IMG/VR virus record: IMGVR_UViG_3300024999_000097
Coordinates: 1,199-65,198 of that record
Reading direction: 5' to 3' (one strand)
Origin: a virus
Lineage: Duplodnaviria > Caudoviricetes
Length of the DNA: 64,000 bases
How positions within the stretch are numbered: the first letter of the stretch is position 1; every line of letters begins with the position of its first letter. Shown here piece by piece: positions 55,523-63,884 of the stretch. Made by a program: the position numbers and the translations under genes. The notes under the pieces were generated by a model that was not told where the DNA came from, made no database searches, and worked only from the letters and a program-made list of their open reading frames with translations.

Positions 55523-56620
55523 ATGAATAAAATAGTTAAAATTGAAAAGTCCTGGAAGTATGGCGAAGGTTTCTGTATGGTTGCTGTTGAAGGTAAAGAC
55601 CAGATGTTAAAGCGTAAAATCTCTGTAAGAAAAACCGGTGAACTTGCTGGTAAGGTTCTGGTAAACGTACTAAACTCAAATACATATAGTTTCACTTGGA
55701 ACGGTAATATAGCTGAGAACATCAAGTGGGAAGGTAACTACAGAGCTTACACTGGAATCTACAGTCACATGGCTGAAAAGGTACCTGGTACCAAAATAGT
55801 TGTAGACGAACTAAAGGCTGAAGTTAAAGCTAAATCTGATGTAGTGGTTGAACTTCCTAAATCTGATGTTAAGGGTGTAAAACATAGCAAATACGAACAA
55901 ATTAAAACTTGTGTGAACGCCGACATTCCAGTGTACCTCTACGGACCAGCTGGTTCGGGCAAAAACCACACACTTCAGCAAATAGCAACTGACTTGGGGT
56001 TAGAGTTTTACTTCACAAACTCTGTTCAACAGGAATACAAAATAACTGGTTTTATTGATGCAGGTGGTAAGTTCCATGAAACTGAGTTTTATAAGGCATT
56101 TGTTAACGGAGGATTATTCTTCCTGGATGAAATGGATGCTAGTATCCCAGAGGTCCTGGTTCTTCTAAACGCAGCACTTGCAAATAGGTACTTCGAATTC
56201 CCGAATGGTAAAGTTAATGCACATCCTGATTTTAGAGTAGTTGCTGCTGGTAACACTGTAGGAAATGGTGCGGATGAATCCTACACTGGTAGGTTACAGC
56301 TTGACCAAGCAACACTTGACCGGTTTGTTCTAATAGAGTTTGACTACGACTTAAACATTGAAAAAGCTTTAGCCAAAGGTAATATGGAGTTAGTAAATTT
56401 CATTAGAGGTTTAAGGAAGCAAGCTAAGGAAAAAGGCATCAGGGCAACATTTAGTTACCGTTGTATAATCTCAGTAATAAAACTTGAAGGTAAGCTTGAA
56501 CTTAAGGACATAATTCTAATAGCAGTAATGAAGGGATTTGACAAGGATACAATTAACACCTTCACAGCAGGAATGGGTAAATACAATGAAGCATTAAGGA
56601 TGGTACAAAAGGGAGCCTAA
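55523..56620 (+). CDS. MoxR/CobS-like AAA+ ATPase
   Basis: GPAGSGK, FLDEMD, LNAALAN, HPDFR.VAAGNT, LD.ATLDRF. Confidence 0.9.
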   Translation: MNKIVKIEKSWKYGEGFCMVAVEGKDQMLKRKISVRKTGELAGKVLVNVLNSNTYSFTWNGNIAENIKWEGNYRAYTGIYSHMAEKVPGTKIVVDELKAEVKAKSDVVVELPKSDVKGVKHSKYEQIKTCVNADIPVYLYGPAGSGKNHTLQQIATDLGLEFYFTNSVQQEYKITGFIDAGGKFHETEFYKAFVNGGLFFLDEMDASIPEVLVLLNAALANRYFEFPNGKVNAHPDFRVVAAGNTVGNGADESYTGRLQLDQATLDRFVLIEFDYDLNIEKALAKGNMELVNFIRGLRKQAKEKGIRATFSYRCIISVIKLEGKLELKDIILIAVMKGFDKDTINTFTAGMGKYNEALRMVQKGA

Positions 56621-56751
56621 GGGCTCCTTTCCCTATTCCACAATATGTTTAGATGTTACTAGGATGGCCGAGAGGAAGGGTTAAAGTTTAGGTATGATTA
56701 AACTTACATCCATCCTTAAATACAAATTTTAAAAAACTTACATAAAAACTA

Positions 56752-56779
56752 TTTACTTTTTCTACAGTTTTGATATAAT
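56752..56779 (+). promoter_or_regulatory. SigmaA-type promoter (repeated family)
   Basis: TTTACT-16-TATAAT with TG extension. Confidence 0.75.
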
Positions 56780-56831
56780 AGACTCAGGTCAAGGAAATGG
56801 CCAAAATTAGTTCTTGAGAGGGAGAGTTATT

Positions 56832-57599
56832 ATGGGTGTATTTATTTCAGTTGATTGGGATTTTTTTATCAAAGAAGATTTAATGATGGATTTTGGACAC
56901 TCTGAATCTATGAATAATGACTTTATATGGGGTACAAGGGTTACTGGTTTTGCAGCACAAGGAAATAACCTTTTAAAGATGCTTCAAACTAATGGTAAAG
57001 AAAGAGAGTTTTGGAATAGGCTAAGAAGCATGGGTTTTAACTTTAATGACCAAACACACTTGATTATTACTGAATCTCATGCTGATGCTTATGAATTAGT
57101 TGAATATTTTACTCCAACTAGCATTATTAACTTTGACAGTCATTCAGACTTAGGTTATAAAGGTTTAGAATCTTTGTATGATGAAGATGTATCTTGTGAA
57201 AATTGGTTAGGTAAAAGTATCATAGATTTTGGTCCATATTACATTGATGATGTGTCATTAGTTTATAGCAATCATACACTTGAAAAGAATGACACAAGGT
57301 TTGATGAGATTATTAAAAAGCTAAAGGTTGATGTTAAATACGAAGATAATTTCTTTAGTGGTAAACCTATAGAGCCTGATGTTGACGTGATACATGTTTG
57401 TAGATCAGGAGCATGGGCACCCCCTTGGTTGGACTCAAAGCTATTCTCTTTCATTAAAAGAAGTGGATGTAATATCTTTGATGAGTATATTAAACCAAGG
57501 AAATTGGACTATAAGTCATTATATTTTCAAGGTAAAGAGCAAGCAAAGATTTTTGAAGAATTTTATAAAAACTACGATTTGTTAAAACAGATGCTTTAG
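56832..57599 (+). CDS. Arginase/deacetylase-fold (UPF0489-like) metallohydrolase
   Basis: SVDWDFF, ESH, INFDSHSDLGY, CENW, CRS.AW.PPW.D. Confidence 0.65.
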   Translation: MGVFISVDWDFFIKEDLMMDFGHSESMNNDFIWGTRVTGFAAQGNNLLKMLQTNGKEREFWNRLRSMGFNFNDQTHLIITESHADAYELVEYFTPTSIINFDSHSDLGYKGLESLYDEDVSCENWLGKSIIDFGPYYIDDVSLVYSNHTLEKNDTRFDEIIKKLKVDVKYEDNFFSGKPIEPDVDVIHVCRSGAWAPPWLDSKLFSFIKRSGCNIFDEYIKPRKLDYKSLYFQGKEQAKIFEEFYKNYDLLKQML

Positions 57600-57603
57600 A
57601 ATA

Positions 57604-57625
57604 AGCCCTCTTCGGAGGGTTTTAT
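57604..57625 (+). terminator. Terminator
   Basis: agccctc-ttcg-gagggtt-ttatt. Confidence 0.8.
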
Positions 57626-57646
57626 TAATTTAAGGAGGTAAACTTC

Positions 57647-57964
57647 TTGAAGTTTAACAATCCTTATTGGACTATAAAAACTAGGTTGCAGCTGCTTGAA
57701 AGGTGGATAATAATCCATAGTATAATCTATTATCGATTAAATACTTCTATTGTTGAAGATACTATGTTTGATAATAACTGCAACCAATTAGTTAGAGGTA
57801 TTAAAAAATACCCTAAAGAATTTAAACAAACTAAGTATTACTACTGCTTTAAAGAATTTGATGGTAGTACAGGTTTTGATTTGTATAGTAAGTTAAATGC
57901 TAAAGATAAAGATAAGTTAGAACAGCAAGCTATATACTTAGCTTATAAATATGGAGGTAATTAA
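57647..57964 (+). CDS. Stand-alone NAD-dependent ligase N-terminal (Ia)-like protein
   Basis: IHSIIYY..N.S...D..FD....L; FDGSTGF. Confidence 0.65.
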   Translation: MKFNNPYWTIKTRLQLLERWIIIHSIIYYRLNTSIVEDTMFDNNCNQLVRGIKKYPKEFKQTKYYYCFKEFDGSTGFDLYSKLNAKDKDKLEQQAIYLAYKYGGN

Positions 57965-58774
57965 ATGGTTAGAAAAGGAGAAAAACAGAACAAAACAGAA
58001 GCACATGATAAAACTCCAGATAGGTTACTAAAAAGTATGAGTTTGTTAAGTAGTGCTTTTGATATACAGGAAATATTACGCATGCAAGTTGTTCAAAATA
58101 TCTTTGATAAAAAGGACATTAAAAAGCTTTTAGATGTAGGTTGTAGCGGTGGTATATTCTTACAATACTACTTATGTTTAGCTAGAACTCAATCTACTAA
58201 AATACCATTTTATGTAGGTATAGACTTTGAGGAAAAGAACATAAACATCTTAAAGAGCTTTATCAATAGTTGTTCTGAAAATGTACGCAAAGATTTATAT
58301 GCTGTTCAAGGCAATGTTGTGGAAGTTGAAACATTCAAAAACATTTACAAAGAACATGGTAAATTTGATGTTTGTATAGCTTTAGAAGTAATTGAACATT
58401 TCGACAAAAAATATGCTGAGCAATTTATAAAAAGCTTACATAAGATGCTAAATGCTGGTGGTTACTTAATACTATCTACACCGGTACATTTTATTGAAGA
58501 CGAAAAGATGTATTGGCCTGGAGCCCATGTTCATGAGTTTATGTTTGATGAAATACATGAGCTGCTGCAAAACTACTTTAGTATTGAAAATGTTATTGGT
58601 AACCATGTAAATGCTGTTAAACTGAAAAAGCACATGGAAAGTAATAACTCAGAAATGTTTAATGTTTATAAGCAATTAAGGGCTAAACAAATAAGTGGAA
58701 ACTGGATTAATTCAGTATTTGCTATGGCTTTCCCTGAAATATGTATGAATAACATCTTTATATGTAGAAAATAG
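57965..58774 (+). CDS. Class I SAM-dependent methyltransferase (small-molecule type)
   Basis: LLDVGCSGG, YVGID, FD...LEVIEH, GG.LILSTP, HVHEF. Confidence 0.85.
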   Translation: MVRKGEKQNKTEAHDKTPDRLLKSMSLLSSAFDIQEILRMQVVQNIFDKKDIKKLLDVGCSGGIFLQYYLCLARTQSTKIPFYVGIDFEEKNINILKSFINSCSENVRKDLYAVQGNVVEVETFKNIYKEHGKFDVCIALEVIEHFDKKYAEQFIKSLHKMLNAGGYLILSTPVHFIEDEKMYWPGAHVHEFMFDEIHELLQNYFSIENVIGNHVNAVKLKKHMESNNSEMFNVYKQLRAKQISGNWINSVFAMAFPEICMNNIFICRK

Positions 58775-58788
58775 TGGAGGTATAAATA

Positions 58789-59274
58789 GTGGCTAAACGT
58801 TCGGGTAAATTTTACTTTAAGAACGAAAAAGAAGTAATGTTAGATTTAGGCCTAAAACCTACTAAAGGATCTGGTTCGGGATGGATTGAAAAGGAAGACG
58901 GACAAAATGAACATATCATAGCACAACTTAAAAGTACTGATGCTCAAAGTATAAAAGTAAGTTTGTTAGATATACAAAAACTTGAATACCATGCTGCTAC
59001 AAGTCACAAAATACCAATGTTTGTAATACAGTTTTTAGAAACAAATGATTTGTTCATATTATCAAGACCTATGGACATGCCTGTTATAACTAAGTATATT
59101 GAATGTGGAATATGCGAAAAACAACCTGAACAAATAATAGGACTTGAAGAAGTGGACAAGCCTATAATAAAGTCAAAAACAATTAGTTCTGGAGGTAAGA
59201 GTAAAAATAGTTTTTGGAAAGATAAGGAAAGGGAGAGAGAAAAGTGGCAGAAGGAAATGAAACAAAGAAAGTAG
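58789..59274 (+). CDS. PD-(D/E)xK endonuclease (Hjc-like)
   Basis: NEKEV..GSGSGW.EKED..AQLKST. Confidence 0.6.
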   Translation: MAKRSGKFYFKNEKEVMLDLGLKPTKGSGSGWIEKEDGQNEHIIAQLKSTDAQSIKVSLLDIQKLEYHAATSHKIPMFVIQFLETNDLFILSRPMDMPVITKYIECGICEKQPEQIIGLEEVDKPIIKSKTISSGGKSKNSFWKDKEREREKWQKEMKQRK

Positions 59275-59618
59275 TAATAAAAACAATCGGTAAATATGCC
59301 GGTCATAGCATCAAGGCTAACAAGTCTATCGACCTAACTTTAAAGATGGGTTATGATGAACTTCCCAACTATATTAAGTTAATTCAACTGCTTAATGAAA
59401 ACATCAACATAGTTGTTAAAGTTGGGGATGAAAAGCCTAAAGAACTTGGTATGTATATGATTAAGAGTATTGGTATTGATCATGATGGGGAAGGTACTAT
59501 TAAGTTTAATTCTTCCCTTGATTATGTTGAACCTGACAATCTTAATGGTTTAGCTGGTGAGATATTAAAAATTGCCTTTAAGGCTAATGTAGAAGTAGAA
59601 AGTGAGGATGAAGAATAG
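59244..59618 (+). CDS. Hypothetical protein
   Basis: ORF track, acidic tail. Confidence 0.6.
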   Translation: MAEGNETKKVVIKTIGKYAGHSIKANKSIDLTLKMGYDELPNYIKLIQLLNENINIVVKVGDEKPKELGMYMIKSIGIDHDGEGTIKFNSSLDYVEPDNLNGLAGEILKIAFKANVEVESEDEE

Positions 59619-60280
59619 TGCGTATAATTAATCCATCAGTAGAAATTGAGAAGATTGACCCAGAAAGAATAATTAGGAATCTTGAGAAGTATGGCAGGAA
59701 ATGTTATCTCTCAGAACCAAAGGGTGATCCTAGTAAGTTTGTAGCTGATAAGATTAAACTTGGTCATGAATCAATAATTGAACATGAAAAAGTAACTGTT
59801 ATTATTGTTTGTGACCGTGGTGTAACACATGAAATTGTAAGGCACCGGTTAGCAAGTTACAGCCAAGAAAGTACTCGGTATTGTAATTATGCACAAGAAA
59901 AGTTCGGTAGTGAAATCACAGTAATTAAACCATTCTTTTATTCAGAAGGTTCTGATAAATATGCTGCTTGGAGACGAGGTTGTGCGATGACTGAAATGGC
60001 ATATTTTATATTACTCGAAGATAATAGCCAACCTCAGGAAGCCCGTTCTGTTTTACCTAATAGTTTAAAAACTGAAATTGTAGTAACTTTTAACATGCGT
60101 GAGTGGAGGCATTTCTTTAAACTTCGTTGTAGTGCTAAAGCGCATCCACAAATGCGGCAAGTAGCTATTCCTTTATTGGCTAAATTCAAAGAACTTATGC
60201 CGGCATTGTTTGGTGATATTGAGTATGATAAAGATTTTCCGGTTGAACATTATGCGAAAGTAGTGATGGAAAATAAATAG
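59618..60280 (+). CDS. thyX: Canonical FAD-dependent thymidylate synthase
   Basis: GHESIIEH, RHRLASYSQESTRY, ARSVLP, LRC..AHPQMR. Confidence 0.95.
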   Translation: MRIINPSVEIEKIDPERIIRNLEKYGRKCYLSEPKGDPSKFVADKIKLGHESIIEHEKVTVIIVCDRGVTHEIVRHRLASYSQESTRYCNYAQEKFGSEITVIKPFFYSEGSDKYAAWRRGCAMTEMAYFILLEDNSQPQEARSVLPNSLKTEIVVTFNMREWRHFFKLRCSAKAHPQMRQVAIPLLAKFKELMPALFGDIEYDKDFPVEHYAKVVMENK

Positions 60281-60848
60281 AATTATTTGTATAGAAGGAA
60301 TTGATGGTTCAGGGAAATCAAGTGTTATAGAAAAAGTCACTAATGAGCTTGATAAAAGAGAGTTAACAAACAAAGTTATCCATTTTCCAAATGAAGAAGC
60401 TTACTTCGGTAAAATTATTTATGATCACTTAAATGGAAAACGTGAAATACCAGGTGATATATTTCAAGCATTATACATCATGGATATGTATGATAAACAA
60501 CAACATATTAAGCACAGTACAAAATACTATGATGTTATAATTCTTGATAGGTGGTATTATTCAACATTAGCTTATAGCAAGTTTTATAAAACACAAGAAG
60601 TAATTGAGAACATAAGCTATTCCTTATTAATGCCGGATATTACATTCCTGCTTGATACACCTTTAAATGTTTTATCAAAAAGGTTTGAAGGTAAGGATAA
60701 AGATAAGCATGAATCAAATATTGAGCTTTTAAAAATAGTAAAGGATGAATACTTAAATCTTGCTAATGTTCACAATTTTGTTGTTCTTGACTCAACCTTA
60801 CCTATTAATGATATAAAAAATGAAATAATGGGGCATTTCAAAGCTTAA
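60273..60848 (+). CDS. tmk: Thymidylate kinase (copy 2); probable ATA start
   Basis: IICIEGIDGSGKS P-loop upstream of the track start, FP, LDRWYYSTLAY, PDITFLLD. Confidence 0.85.
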   Translation: MNRIICIEGIDGSGKSSVIEKVTNELDKRELTNKVIHFPNEEAYFGKIIYDHLNGKREIPGDIFQALYIMDMYDKQQHIKHSTKYYDVIILDRWYYSTLAYSKFYKTQEVIENISYSLLMPDITFLLDTPLNVLSKRFEGKDKDKHESNIELLKIVKDEYLNLANVHNFVVLDSTLPINDIKNEIMGHFKA

Positions 60849-60992
60849 CGCATAAATATCCATTATGATAATTTAAGTTCCTCAGAATTAATCCTAGTAA
60901 CTCTCAAAGGTATTGTATAGTTTAAGTTTTGGGTATAAAATAGCTTAACTAAAATAAATATTCAAAACTTTTTAAAATATTACAAAAAAGTG

Positions 60993-61020
60993 TTTACAAA
61001 TTTCTAAAGTTTGATATAAT
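60993..61020 (+). promoter_or_regulatory. SigmaA-type promoter (repeated family)
   Basis: TTTACA-16-TATAAT with TG extension. Confidence 0.8.
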
Positions 61021-61104
61021 AGAAACAATCAAGCATGCAAACCACATAAGATTTTTAAAGTCTTATCTGATAGGTTTAGCTTAAAATTAAAGGAGGCCAA
61101 CAAC

Positions 61105-61734
61105 ATGGCTAAAAATTGGAAACCAGGTGAAGCAGCTGAAGCTGTTAAAGAAAGTAAAGTATCTGATATTCTTGATCTTGGGAGAAGGTTCCCATTGTTT
61201 GCAACTACTGTTGCTGCCGCTACTGCCGGCGATGTTGAAAGTATGATTAAAATTCTTGATGCACTTCCGGAATACTGCACTGTTCGTAAAATTGAATCCG
61301 CTCTTAAAGGCGAAGCTTCTGATGATGATGCTGGTGAAAACGATGGCGATGAAGATGCCGAAAAAGAAAAACCTGCTAAAACCGAAAAGGCTGGTAAACT
61401 TACCAAAGCCGGTTTAATGAAAAAATCTCCGAAAGAACTTATGACACTGGCTAAAGCTGCCGAGATTGAAATCATGTCCACTAAAAAGTTCAAAGCAATG
61501 GATGGGGATGAAAAGAAAGAGGCTCTCGTAGCTGCTATCCTTAAAGCTCAAGCTGCTGCCAAAGATGACGATGGCGAAGATGCTGAAGATGAAAAGCCGG
61601 CAAAGTCTGGCAAGGCTAAAGATAAGGCTAAGGACGATGACTGGGATGACGAAGATGGAGAGGATGAAAAGCCCAAAAAAGGCGGTAAAGAAAAAGCAAA
61701 AGCCAAGGATGACGATGACGACTGGGACATCTAA
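61105..61734 (+). CDS. Highly charged Asp/Lys-rich protein
   Basis: Own promoter, strong RBS, terminator at 61769-61800; DDDWD repeats. Confidence 0.75.
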   Translation: MAKNWKPGEAAEAVKESKVSDILDLGRRFPLFATTVAAATAGDVESMIKILDALPEYCTVRKIESALKGEASDDDAGENDGDEDAEKEKPAKTEKAGKLTKAGLMKKSPKELMTLAKAAEIEIMSTKKFKAMDGDEKKEALVAAILKAQAAAKDDDGEDAEDEKPAKSGKAKDKAKDDDWDDEDGEDEKPKKGGKEKAKAKDDDDDWDI

Positions 61735-61820
61735 TTGCTGTTAATCTGGCTGGTGTATTTAACTAATAAAGCTAGCCTGTATATTTAATCGGGCTAGCTT
61801 TAACTATAATGAGGTGAAAT

Positions 61821-62189
61821 ATGGCTAAAATAACTATTGAAAAACTAGTAGTTCTTGATGTAAGAATACCAGGAAATAAAGAGCTTTTACTATCAGCTTT
61901 GTCCAAAACTAAATGGTTGGATAAATATAGTCAGGATGAAATAACTTTAGAAATACTAGAGAAATTATATCTAAAAGTAAAAAATAAATATTCCGTAAGT
62001 ATTGGTTACATCCAGGATGCCGGTGATAATAGCTGGGTATTTATGATTAAAAATACCGAAACGCATTCTTGGATTAATACAGTTTATGCAATATCTTTAT
62101 TCGAAGGTATGGCTAAATCTATTCTTACGTTATATGGTTATTTAGTTAAAGAAATAGCTTTTCATGATACCAAAAGGAGGGATTCTTAG
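61821..62189 (+). CDS. Hypothetical protein
   Basis: GAGGTG RBS. Confidence 0.65.
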   Translation: MAKITIEKLVVLDVRIPGNKELLLSALSKTKWLDKYSQDEITLEILEKLYLKVKNKYSVSIGYIQDAGDNSWVFMIKNTETHSWINTVYAISLFEGMAKSILTLYGYLVKEIAFHDTKRRDS

Positions 62190-62644
62190 TGTTAAAGATA
62201 AAGGCTTACACAGATGGAGCTTGTAGTGGTAATCCAGGTCCTGGTGGTTGGGCTGCAGTATTACTTTTCCCAGAAGGTAAACAGGAAATATCTGGTTATG
62301 AACAGGAAACTACAAACAATCGTATGGAGCTTAATGCAGTAATCCAAGCTATTAAATTAGCAACAGATTTAGGTTATTTTAGGATGGATGTCTATTCCGA
62401 TAGCGCATATGTAGTAAATGCTGTAAAATTGGAATGGATAAAGAAATGGCAGTTAAATGGTTGGAAAACAGTAAGGGGAGAAAATATCAAGAACAAAGAT
62501 CTTTGGGTTAAACTCCTATCTTTGATTAAAAAGTACAGAAAAGTTAATTTAGTTAAAGTAAAAGGTCATTCTGGTGATATTAACAATGAAAGAGTAGATG
62601 TCCTTGCTAAAAAAGCGATTGTGAGGATGAAAAGATGCATATAA
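62189..62644 (+). CDS. rnhA: Ribonuclease HI
   Basis: YTDGACSGNPGPGG, TTNNRMEL, SDS.YV, NKDLW, VKGHSG..NE..D. Confidence 0.95.
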   Translation: MLKIKAYTDGACSGNPGPGGWAAVLLFPEGKQEISGYEQETTNNRMELNAVIQAIKLATDLGYFRMDVYSDSAYVVNAVKLEWIKKWQLNGWKTVRGENIKNKDLWVKLLSLIKKYRKVNLVKVKGHSGDINNERVDVLAKKAIVRMKRCI

Positions 62645-62768
62645 CAAATTGGTGGGGTATAAGTTCATTAGTAATTATTTTTTTACTTGTTATTATTGGA
62701 CTAGCAGCATGTGGTTTTGAAGATTAAATCATACAACGGTAAGGAGGTTTAATTAAGGAGGTTACGAG

Positions 62769-63155
62769 TTGAATATTTCTGTTAAATATTTTGCAAAGAA
62801 TTTTGAAGATGAAGATTCAAAAGTAGCTTATTTAAACGCTTGTAAATGGCTAGCTAAAAATGTCATTAGTAAAGTTGAAGTTAGTGAAACATTATTTTCC
62901 ATACATAAGGTTAAAGAAGCTGACTTACCAACTTTTAGATTAGAACTTCATTGTTCTTTCAATGAAGGCAAATTAGGCAAAGAATTTTGTAATAGATGCC
63001 AAGAATTTCATAGAAGTTTCTACATTAATCAGGAATATAACTGTAATGCTTGTAAGGTAAAAGCTTACATTACCGGTATTAAAAATAAATTAATAACAAA
63101 GAAATCATATCGCAGAGAAAGGTTGGGCTACATTTTAAACGATGATAATTATTAA
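62769..63155 (+). CDS. Hypothetical Zn-binding protein
   Basis: CNRC...CNAC. Confidence 0.6.
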   Translation: MNISVKYFAKNFEDEDSKVAYLNACKWLAKNVISKVEVSETLFSIHKVKEADLPTFRLELHCSFNEGKLGKEFCNRCQEFHRSFYINQEYNCNACKVKAYITGIKNKLITKKSYRRERLGYILNDDNY

Positions 63156-63215
63156 TTAATTATTTAATTAGATATAGTGTAGCCTACCAAGTAATGTTGA
63201 AAAGGTGGGCTAACT

Positions 63216-63875
63216 ATGGCTAAAGTATATCGAAAGATATTTACTGATGAAACAGAAGAAGAATTAATGTCAATGACAAGGGAAGAAGCTTCTCTTGAAC
63301 TTAGTGATAAACAGAGACGTTTTTGTGAGCTATTTGTAAAAAATCTTAATGTTAGGGTAGCTGCTGCTAAAGCAGGTTATTCAACAAAGACGTCCCATAT
63401 CATGGGATATAAAATGCGACAAGATCCCAACATTAACAGATATATTGCATGGTTAAAACTTAGAGTTGGTAAAGAATGCCATGTATCAGCGGTTGATATT
63501 ATTGACCAATATGTTAGGATAGCTTTTGCTGATATTACAGATTTTGTTGAAATAAAAGGTGGCAAGCTTACAATTATTGATGATTCACAGTTAGATGGCC
63601 AACTTATTACTAAAATAAGAAGTGGTAAAGGTGGAATAACTGTAGAGCTTGCTGACAAACTTAAAGCTTTAGAAAAACTTGAACATTATTTTGATGTAAT
63701 GCCAATCGATTGGAAACAAAAGATTGAAGAACGTAAGATTCAATTGTTAGAACAACGACTTGAAATAGAACGTATCAAAGCTGGCCAAGGTGATGATGAA
63801 ATAGTAGATGATGGCTTTATTGAAGCTTTAAAAGGATCAGCCGAACAAATATGGGCAGATGAACTTCCTAAGTAG
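63216..63875 (+). CDS. terS: Terminase small subunit
   Basis: LSDKQRRFC....N...AA.KAGYS, IAFADI.DF, DKLKALE.L, DDGFIEAL. Confidence 0.85.
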   Translation: MAKVYRKIFTDETEEELMSMTREEASLELSDKQRRFCELFVKNLNVRVAAAKAGYSTKTSHIMGYKMRQDPNINRYIAWLKLRVGKECHVSAVDIIDQYVRIAFADITDFVEIKGGKLTIIDDSQLDGQLITKIRSGKGGITVELADKLKALEKLEHYFDVMPIDWKQKIEERKIQLLEQRLEIERIKAGQGDDEIVDDGFIEALKGSAEQIWADELPK

Positions 63876-63884
63876 GTGGGTATA

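Noticed and set aside
55191-59740. Coding-region partial matches to the ATCCTAGTA motif (55192, 59727) and a degenerate copy at 51622
   Set aside because: Short, inside ORFs and compatible with chance in AT-rich DNA; not counted as copies
567-63658. All minus-strand ORFs and nested alternative-frame ORFs in the track
   Set aside because: They are shadows of well-supported + strand genes, with no recognisable RBS or motifs
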